Positions 57,770-64,000 of a stretch of 64,000 bases of DNA are shown here, in pieces. The DNA is from an uncultured Acidobacteriota bacterium (GTDB lineage: Bacteria; Acidobacteriota; Terriglobia; Acidiferrales; UBA7541). The notes below the pieces were generated by a model. That model was not told where the DNA came from. It searched no databases and saw nothing but the letters and a program-made list of their open reading frames with translations. A program made the position numbers and the translations under genes. Within the stretch, counting starts at the first letter, position 1, and every line of letters begins with the position of its first letter. The stretch spans positions 64,666 through 128,665 of the forward strand of contig CAWENN010000001.1 in the NCBI GenBank assembly GCA_963810565.1. Reading direction: 5' to 3'.

Positions 57770-59146
57770 TTAAGGATAAACTCGATACAGCATTCGAGGG
57801 AAGGGAATCACCTCGCGGATGTGCTCCGTTCCGCAAATCCATGCCACGGTACGTTCCAGGCCCAGGCCGAAGCCAGCATGCGGCACGCTGCCATAGCGGC
57901 GCAGATCCAGATACCACTGAAAAGATTCTTCCGGCAGATTGTGTTCGCGCAGGCGCTTTACCAGCGTGTCATAATCCGCCAGGCGTTCGCCGCCGCCGAT
58001 GATCTCGCCATAGCCCTCCGGAGCGATCATGTCGAAGCTTAAGGAAAGCTCGGGACGTGCCGCATCCGTTGCCATGTAAAACGCCTTCATCGCCGCAGGG
58101 TAGCGGTGAATGATCACTGGCCGGTCGAACTCCTTGGAAATGATGGTTTCTTCGTCGCCGCCGAAATCGTCGCCCCACTTCGCGGGATTGCCTGCCTTCT
58201 GCAGCACCTTGATCGCGTCGTCGTAGGTGATTCGCGGAAACGGCGGCGTGATCTTCGCTAACTTCGCCACGTCCCGCTCGATCAAGGCCAATTCTCGCGT
58301 GCGATTCTTGGCCACGGACTGTACGACCGCACTCACCAAACCTTCGCCCAGCTGGATCATATCTTCCAAGTGCGCGAAAGCCGCTTCAGGCTCGAGCATC
58401 CAGAATTCGGTCAAGTGCCGGCGAGTTTTGGATTTTTCCGCGCGAAACGTGGGACCGAAAGTGTAAACCTTGCCGAGAGCCGCAGCCAAAGCCTCCACGT
58501 ATAGTTGCCCTGACTGGGTGAGATAAGCTTTCTGATCGTCAATGTAATTCACTTCAAAAAGAGTCGTGGTGCCTTCGCAGGCCGCGGGCGTAAAAATGGG
58601 CGCGTCGGTGAGCGTATAGCCTCGCTCGTCCATGAAATTCCGAGCAGCCCGCTCGACTTCCGCGCGAATGCGCAGAATGGCCGCCTGCCGCGGCGTGCGA
58701 ATCCAGAGATGGCGCCGGTCGAGCAAAAAATCAACGCCATGCTCCTTGAGCTGAATCGGATAGGGCTCGGAATCGGCAACCCGCTGAATCACCTCGACGC
58801 TGCTCACGCCTATCTCAAATCCGCCTGGCGCACGGGGCTCCGCGCGAACCGCGCCGGTAACGACGACGCTCGATTCCTGGGGCAAACCTTTTAGCGCGCT
58901 GAACGCTTCCGGATGTTCCTTCAGCGAAACCACGCCCTGAATGATCCCGGTCCCATCACGAAAAATCGGGAACAACAGCTTGCCCGATTCACGGAGGTTG
59001 TAAAGCCATCCGCGAATTACGACGCTGCTGCCGGCGTGCGCGCCTGCCTGTTCAATTGTGATCGCCGAAATTGACGCTTGCGCTTCCTGTGTCATTGGTT
59101 CGTCCGTAATCTTGGAATCACTGCGTGCGCGTTGCCGCTGCGTCAA
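57770..59146 (-). CDS. asnS: asparagine--tRNA ligase
   Basis: OB fold ([26 protein letters not shown]) and class IIb motifs ([31 protein letters not shown]). TTG 59146 overlaps the upstream stop; ATG 59095 is an alternative. Confidence 0.85.
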   Translation of the reverse strand: MTQRQRARSDSKITDEPMTQEAQASISAITIEQAGAHAGSSVVIRGWLYNLRESGKLLFPIFRDGTGIIQGVVSLKEHPEAFSALKGLPQESSVVVTGAVRAEPRAPGGFEIGVSSVEVIQRVADSEPYPIQLKEHGVDFLLDRRHLWIRTPRQAAILRIRAEVERAARNFMDERGYTLTDAPIFTPAACEGTTTLFEVNYIDDQKAYLTQSGQLYVEALAAALGKVYTFGPTFRAEKSKTRRHLTEFWMLEPEAAFAHLEDMIQLGEGLVSAVVQSVAKNRTRELALIERDVAKLAKITPPFPRITYDDAIKVLQKAGNPAKWGDDFGGDEETIISKEFDRPVIIHRYPAAMKAFYMATDAARPELSLSFDMIAPEGYGEIIGGGERLADYDTLVKRLREHNLPEESFQWYLDLRRYGSVPHAGFGLGLERTVAWICGTEHIREVIPFPRMLYRVYP

Positions 59147-59997
59147 GGCCGGGCGGCGCCGGTTCCGAGCGAGTCAAATTTTTCCTCGACTTTGTCGCAT
59201 GCGGCGCGAATCTGCTCGAGCGTCGGCCCCGCGGCCCCCTGTGCCTTAATTTCAAATACGAACGGGACGGGCTGCGCGGCTCCCGCGATCGCTCGTAGCG
59301 CCGCATCCCATTCAATCGTGCCGTCGAACGGCAAAAGGTGCTCGTCCTTATCACCGTGATTGTCGTGAATGTGCGCGGTGACCACGCGCTCGCGCATCGC
59401 TTCGAAACCGCCCGCCACGCCTTCTTCCGCGTGGGCGTGCCCGATGTCGAAGCACAACTTCAAATCGTGCAAGTGCGTGTCCGTGATGAAATGCTGCAAC
59501 GACGACGGCGCGCCCAGCTCGTCCGGAGTATTTTCCAGCGCAATCGTCACACCGCGCGCTTTTGCGAACATCGATAAATTTTCAAGCGACGTAAACGCCG
59601 CGTCAAGCTTCCGCGGATCCGCCATCTGGCGGCCGTGCCCAATATGCTGTACCAGAAACTGAAACGGAATTCGCTCGGCTACATCGAGCGCGCGCTTGAT
59701 TTCATCCACCGCATCGAGCCGGCGAATCCTCTCGGGATCCGAAATTGAAATCGGCACACCGCTCTCGCGCCCGGGTGCCAGATCGCGTTCGGTCGGGGAG
59801 TGTAAGGAATGCAATCGCAAGCGATGCTCGCCCAGGGCGTCGCCCAGCTCGCGAACTGCCTGTGAATCGCGATAGCTGAAGTGCTGCGGCGCGCAGAAAA
59901 CTTCCACTCCGGAAAATCTGGCCGTCGCGATCTCGCCAAGCATCGCCGGGCCGAGCGGTTGGTTTATAAATCGGTAAGTGGATAGGATGCGCTGCAC
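59143..59997 (-). CDS. sugar phosphate isomerase/epimerase (xylose isomerase-like TIM barrel)
   Basis: 284 aa with the pattern [30 protein letters not shown]. Confidence 0.75.
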   Translation of the reverse strand: MQRILSTYRFINQPLGPAMLGEIATARFSGVEVFCAPQHFSYRDSQAVRELGDALGEHRLRLHSLHSPTERDLAPGRESGVPISISDPERIRRLDAVDEIKRALDVAERIPFQFLVQHIGHGRQMADPRKLDAAFTSLENLSMFAKARGVTIALENTPDELGAPSSLQHFITDTHLHDLKLCFDIGHAHAEEGVAGGFEAMRERVVTAHIHDNHGDKDEHLLPFDGTIEWDAALRAIAGAAQPVPFVFEIKAQGAAGPTLEQIRAACDKVEEKFDSLGTGAARP

Positions 59998-60245
59998 GCT
60001 GTCCCCAGAGAAGGAACACTATCGTCAACGGAAATCGCAGTTACGTCAATAGCGTGTGCTGGAAGTGTGGCGAAAAAAGTATTCGGCGCCCTCGAGCCTT
60101 GTGGAGGCTTTCATTTCGAGTGAGGACGTCACGGCCCATTGCGGTTGCAGGCTGATGATTCAGAGCAGCTTAGCGGAAGACCACCCACGTTCTCGCCAGA
60201 TAATCATCTCCCATATCACCCGAACGCAAGTCCTCTGGGCCTCCG

Positions 60246-60479
60246 CTATCCGGAACTCAGCACGAAAAGGCCCGCGGCGATCAAACCGCCCAAGAGCAAT
60301 GCGATAAGCAGCCAGACCGGAAACGGCAGCCGCTTATCCATGAGGCCGGGCGGCGGAGGCGTGGGTTCTTGAAAGTCGAGGATGTCAACTACCGTGCCTT
60401 TTACCGGAGGACGCGCACCACGCCCGGATGAAGGGTTGGGTTCCGGCTCTGGCGGCTCGTTGCTGGGGTTAAAAGCCAT
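60246..60479 (-). CDS. tail-anchored micro-protein, paralog 1 (77 aa)
   Basis: MAFNPSNEPPEPEPN...RLPFPVWLLIALLLGGLIAAGLFVLSSG. The start at 60479 was chosen because it has the same upstream element and spacing as paralogs 2 and 3. Confidence 0.5.
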   Translation of the reverse strand: MAFNPSNEPPEPEPNPSSGRGARPPVKGTVVDILDFQEPTPPPPGLMDKRLPFPVWLLIALLLGGLIAAGLFVLSSG

Positions 60480-60486
60480 CAAGCAA

Positions 60487-60495
60487 ATGTTAGCA
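60487..60495 (-). promoter_or_regulatory. extended -10 element TGCTAACAT, 7 nt upstream of ATG 60479
   Basis: Minus sense reads GTGCTAACAT-ttgcttg-ATG. There is no SD. Confidence 0.45.
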
Positions 60496-60599
60496 CCGTG
60501 GAAAACCACATCGCAACCAGGTCCACTCAAAGTCACGCTTGGGATATTGGCGATTTCAGATGCGGCGAACAGAAGGGGTCGTGCGCAGCACAGTTGCTT

Positions 60600-60833
60600 T
60601 TAGCGGACGAAAATCGTGATCAATCCGAACGCGGCGAGAGCGCCGGCGAGAATCGCAATCACCATCCAACGGCCAAGTTGTGGATGAGATTTCGGGAGGC
60701 CCAGCATGTGCACCGAGGGATCGGCTTCGCCAAACAACCTTGCGCTGGCTGATCGCGAGGAGCGAGCTACTTCCGCCTCCGGCGCGCCGTCGGTCCTGGA
60801 ATGTGATGCGTCAACAACTACTCCGCTGGGCAT
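60600..60833 (-). CDS. tail-anchored micro-protein, paralog 2 (77 aa)
   Basis: MPSGVVVDASHSRTDG...HPQLGRWMVIAILAGALAAFGLITIFVR. Confidence 0.5.
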   Translation of the reverse strand: MPSGVVVDASHSRTDGAPEAEVARSSRSASARLFGEADPSVHMLGLPKSHPQLGRWMVIAILAGALAAFGLITIFVR

Positions 60834-60840
60834 TGGCGGG

Positions 60841-60849
60841 ATACTAGCA
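60841..60849 (-). promoter_or_regulatory. extended -10 element TGCTAGTAT, 7 nt upstream of ATG 60833
   Basis: Minus sense reads GTGCTAGTAT-cccgcca-ATG. There is no SD. Confidence 0.45.
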
Positions 60850-60948
60850 CTAATCTTCGGCGTTCACGCAACGGATTTCGAAAGAATTAATACCAGGACT
60901 GTGTCGATCTGAACCGTCGCAGTAAGCAAAAATACTGACTCGCGTTGG

Positions 60949-61179
60949 TCAGCGGATCGCCAGCTGGACGAACGCCAATGCCACCACGCCGCCAGCCACC
61001 ACCGCCAGCGCAATCCATCGCGAAATTCCCCGATTGCGTTTGCTCAGCTGCCGCACGTGCGAGGATAGTCCGTGCGCCGCAGGGGAGGGAATGAGTCCTC
61101 GCTGCGGAATAAGCGGTACGATGCCTGCGATCGGCGTCGTTTCGCGGCTGGAGAGGGAGCCCAAGTCTCGCCGTTTCAT
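60949..61179 (-). CDS. tail-anchored micro-protein, paralog 3 (76 aa)
   Basis: MKRRDLGSLSSRETTP...NRGISRWIALAVVAGGVVALAFVQLAIR. Confidence 0.5.
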   Translation of the reverse strand: MKRRDLGSLSSRETTPIAGIVPLIPQRGLIPSPAAHGLSSHVRQLSKRNRGISRWIALAVVAGGVVALAFVQLAIR

Positions 61180-61186
61180 GCTTCGG

Positions 61187-61195
61187 ATGCTAGCA
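61187..61195 (-). promoter_or_regulatory. extended -10 element TGCTAGCAT, 7 nt upstream of ATG 61179
   Basis: Minus sense reads GTGCTAGCAT-ccgaagc-ATG. There is no SD. Confidence 0.45.
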
Positions 61196-61305
61196 CGCGC
61201 GTTTCGGCAGAATTATGGCGCCGCCTGCGCCGAAGCCCAAACAGCTATTGTCACTTCCGCTAAATAACCTTCGGGATAGAAGAGGAGAAACGAAACGTCA
61301 GCTCA

Positions 61306-62376
61306 TCAACCGTTGAGTTCTGCCAGCACCTTGGGAAGCAAAGCGAATTTTGCGAATGCCGTATCGCTCGAGAGGTACTCCACGCCGCAAGAGGGCCCCA
61401 GGTACGCACGTCCTCCCTGAATTCGAGGGAACAATCGCTCCACCTGTCGCGCGACCTCTGCCGGCTTCTCCATGTGCTGCTTGCGGCCGTCCACCAGCCC
61501 CAGCGCCAGCGGTTTCGGAGATCCGCTCGATGCGATCGTGTCAATCAATCCCGTGCCGCAGGTGAAATCAATCCCCACGATATCCACGGGCAATTCCACG
61601 AGCTTTTCGTAAATCGCTGCGCTGTCGTGGAAATAAACGTAGAGCGCGAGTTCAAGTTTGCGCTCGGCTTTTCTTGCCTTGTCGCGAGCCTGAAGCAATA
61701 TCTTCAGCGACTGCTCAAATATTGCCCAGTCGCCGGGGTGCCGCAAAATCGCGGGCTCATCAATTTGGATCAGTTCCGCGCCCGTCTGTGACAGCGCTTC
61801 AATTTCCGGGGCGAGAATCTCGGCGTAAGAGTGCGCGCGCGCTTCGAGCGTCGCAGGTCCGTGCGCTCCGCCATTGTCCGAACGAGCCGAAAGCGAAAAC
61901 TTCGCGAGAGTATAAGGCCCGGTCAGGACCGGTTTGATGGCGAGCTTGCCCGCTTTGTGTTTCGGCGTCGGCAAATGGCCCAGCGCATTGCGCGCAAAGC
62001 TATATTCTGCGGTGATCAGGTGCCCGCGTCGCAACGGTTGGCCCGTGAATACCGGCTGTCGGCAGCAAACATCGGTGTCAAAAAATGGAACGGTACCTTG
62101 AAATTCGATATTATCCAGTTTCGCCGCGAGATAAGAAATGGGATCGTTCCAGCGGATTTGGCCGTCGGTCACGACGTCCAGCCCCGCCTTCACCTGCGCC
62201 GCGATTGCCAGCCGCGTCACTTGATTCTGCGCGTCCAGCAAGTCTGCCGTGGTGCGGTCCCCGGAACCAAGAGATGCAATGGTTTCTTGCAATAATTGCA
62301 GTTCGGGAGAGTCTCCGACGCGCGGATAGCCGCCGGTGCTGGAGAGATAGAGCCCAGGAGCCGTGGTGCTCATCAA
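61306..62376 (-). CDS. stand-alone MetE-like protein resembling the N-terminal (Meth_synt_1) half of cobalamin-independent methionine synthase
   Basis: GYPRVGDSPELQ, KPVLTGPYTL, LIQIDEPAIL, LALGLVDGRKQ and YLGPSCGVEYL parallel the E. coli MetE N-domain. The HxC zinc motif is absent (FHDS). Confidence 0.7.
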   Translation of the reverse strand: MMSTTAPGLYLSSTGGYPRVGDSPELQLLQETIASLGSGDRTTADLLDAQNQVTRLAIAAQVKAGLDVVTDGQIRWNDPISYLAAKLDNIEFQGTVPFFDTDVCCRQPVFTGQPLRRGHLITAEYSFARNALGHLPTPKHKAGKLAIKPVLTGPYTLAKFSLSARSDNGGAHGPATLEARAHSYAEILAPEIEALSQTGAELIQIDEPAILRHPGDWAIFEQSLKILLQARDKARKAERKLELALYVYFHDSAAIYEKLVELPVDIVGIDFTCGTGLIDTIASSGSPKPLALGLVDGRKQHMEKPAEVARQVERLFPRIQGGRAYLGPSCGVEYLSSDTAFAKFALLPKVLAELNG

Positions 62377-62591
62377 GATGCCTCGGGATTGGCGCGAGAA
62401 ACTGGAAGAAACTTAGTCGAAACGCGCAAGGGCGTCAAGGGCAACAGCTAACAAGGCGTTGCAGCGAACTGGATTGTCTGGCCGCGTGCTGCATCGATGC
62501 TGCGCTTGGTTTTCTCTGCGCCCTCTGCATCTCTGCGGTAGAAAGAATTTTGCCAGCCAACACGATACTCGCTGCCTCAGATCCCGGCTGG

Positions 62592-64000
62592 CTACGGTGT
62601 CGGCTGTTCCCCCACCGAAAAGTACGTGCAATCCGGATGATGAAACACCAGCGCGCTAACGCTCGCTTCCGGATCCATCATCATCCCTTCGGTCAAATGC
62701 ACTCCGACGTCCTCGGGACGCAGCAGCATCCAAATCCCCGCCTGGTCCTCCAGGTTCGGGCACGCCGGATAACCGAAGCTGTAGCGCTTCCCGCGATAGC
62801 GCGACGTAAATCGCTCCGGCATCGTCAGCGACGGCGGGTCCGGAAATCCCCAATCCTCGCGGATGCGACGATGCAGCCACTCCGCGCACGCTTCGGCGGT
62901 CTCGATCGCCAGCGCCTGCAACCCATGCGAAAAAAGATAGCGGCCCGTGGCTTTCGCTTCCTCGGATTTTTCGCGCACTCCTGCGCCCGCGGTAACCACG
63001 AAGATCGCCGTATGATCGCGCGCGCCGTTTTGCGGCGGTAAAACATAATCGCTGAGGCACAATTTATCTGCCAGCGCCTGCCTCTGAAAATGAAAAGTGT
63101 GAACGGGCGCTGTTTCCCCGGGCGCGAAAAGCGCAATCGAGTTGTCGCGCCGTTCGGCCTCGAAGAATTGCCACACCGCGCCAATTTTCATAAACGACGC
63201 GGCCTCGCGCTTTACCTCCTCCATACTTTCGTGCAATTCCAGCGCGCGCGGATCGCGCTCCGCCAGCGCCTTCTCGAAATTTCCGCGAAATCCCAAATGG
63301 CGCCCGAAAAGCATGTAGGGATTGATGTAACTCCACACCTCGTTCAAATCCGGCACGGAGCGAACTTTTCGTTCGAGATACGCGACGGGCGGAATCGGCA
63401 AATCCGTCCGAATTCGCGGCGAACGCTCCTCGCCCGCCGGTTCCAGCGGCACCGCCGCCGGCTCTTCCAGCACGGCAGTTCCGACGTGCGTGTGCTGCTG
63501 CAGCACGTTGTCGCGACGCGCCGGGTCGCTGAGCTCATTCATCAAACGCAGGCCCGTCATCGCATCCTTCGCGTAACAGACCGCCTTGCTATACTGCGGC
63601 GCGATTTTCAAACGCGTGAACTTATCCGATAAGGCCGCGCCTCCGACTAACAGCGGCACGGTAATCCCCGCTTCGCGCAGATCGCTAGCCGTCGTGACCA
63701 TTTGTTGCGCGCTCTTCACCAGCAGCCCCGAAAGGCCGATCGCATCCGGCTGGTGTTCGCGATGCGCGCGAATGAGCTCTTCAGGAGGCACCTTGATCCC
63801 TAGATTGATCACGTCGTACCCGTTGTTTTTTAAAATGATTTCGACCAGGTTTTTCCCGATGTCGTGAACGTCGCCCTTTACCGTCGCCAAAATCACCTTG
63901 GCCCGCTTCTCCGTGTCCGCTTTCTCCATGAACTGCTCAAGATGCCCCACGGCAGTCTTCATTGCCTCCGCCGATTGAAGGACTTCGGCAACGATCAGCT
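62592..64000 (-). CDS. metH: methionine synthase MetH, C-terminal part (B12-binding and AdoMet-activation domains); N-terminus beyond window
   Basis: B12 motif GDVHDIGKNLV, cap-helix region LIVAEVLQSAEAMKTAVGHLEQF and an activation domain (RYSFGYPACPNLEDQ). The frame stays open upstream of the track ATG 63962 to nt 64000. Confidence 0.9.
   Translation of the reverse strand, partial: LIVAEVLQSAEAMKTAVGHLEQFMEKADTEKRAKVILATVKGDVHDIGKNLVEIILKNNGYDVINLGIKVPPEELIRAHREHQPDAIGLSGLLVKSAQQMVTTASDLREAGITVPLLVGGAALSDKFTRLKIAPQYSKAVCYAKDAMTGLRLMNELSDPARRDNVLQQHTHVGTAVLEEPAAVPLEPAGEERSPRIRTDLPIPPVAYLERKVRSVPDLNEVWSYINPYMLFGRHLGFRGNFEKALAERDPRALELHESMEEVKREAASFMKIGAVWQFFEAERRDNSIALFAPGETAPVHTFHFQRQALADKLCLSDYVLPPQNGARDHTAIFVVTAGAGVREKSEEAKATGRYLFSHGLQALAIETAEACAEWLHRRIREDWGFPDPPSLTMPERFTSRYRGKRYSFGYPACPNLEDQAGIWMLLRPEDVGVHLTEGMMMDPEASVSALVFHHPDCTYFSVGEQPTP

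Noticed and set aside
60480-60536. 19-codon N-terminal extension of micro-protein 1 (track start 60536)
   Set aside because: The internal ATG 60479 gives the same length as the two paralogs (77 vs 77/76 aa) and the same upstream TGCTAnnAT-N7 element.
62377-62591. Possible cobalamin or SAM riboswitch between metH and the metE-like gene
   Set aside because: I could not find the B12-box (GCCACTG-like) or SAM-I core motifs on the coding strand, only generic hairpins. A covariance-model scan is needed to be sure.
1-64000. CRISPR arrays, transposases/integrases, prophage or toxin-antitoxin modules, rRNA/tRNA genes
   Set aside because: None was recognised in any frame or in the intergenic regions. 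Every large ORF is accounted for by housekeeping, transport or envelope genes.

Overview
64-kb chromosomal segment, roughly 58-60% GC by eye. The gene content (BamA/Skp/Lol, GH57, an ECF sigma with DUF4097, giant FG-GAP and YVTN-repeat proteins) suggests an Acidobacteriota-like diderm, but that is inference only. I call 57 protein-coding genes. I found no rRNA or tRNA genes, no CRISPR array and no transposase or integrase. The left half is a long plus-strand run: lysS-lolC/E, lolD-clpC-bamA-giant lipoprotein, skp, then the conserved rimP-nusA-infB-DUF503-rbfA-truB operon. The right half mixes transport genes (an FTR1 iron permease operon, an APC permease, mscL, SulP, a TetR-HlyD-ABC-2 efflux operon) with redox and metabolic genes (trxB, proline dehydrogenase, a TlpA-like thioredoxin, ferredoxin, DUF59, a CuA-type cupredoxin, GH57, GT9, ddl, arginase, asnS, a metE-like gene and metH). 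Most of this is housekeeping. Six things deserve a second look. (1) An orphan secretin whose pore domain is split by a seven-blade FG-GAP propeller. (2) Three tandem, apparently leaderless, tail-anchored micro-proteins that share an identical extended -10/N7/ATG layout. (3) A 1220-aa double-propeller lipoprotein wedged between bamA and skp. (4) An FTR1-DUF2318 fusion with two FtsX permeases and an ATPase but no P19-type partner, preceded by a 29-bp Fur-box-like palindrome. (5) A promoter plus strong intrinsic terminator in the rimP-nusA leader. (6) A stand-alone CuA-type cupredoxin near a TlpA-like thioredoxin. All calls come from reading the ORF track and the sequence by eye. No searches were run, and start codons are best guesses.
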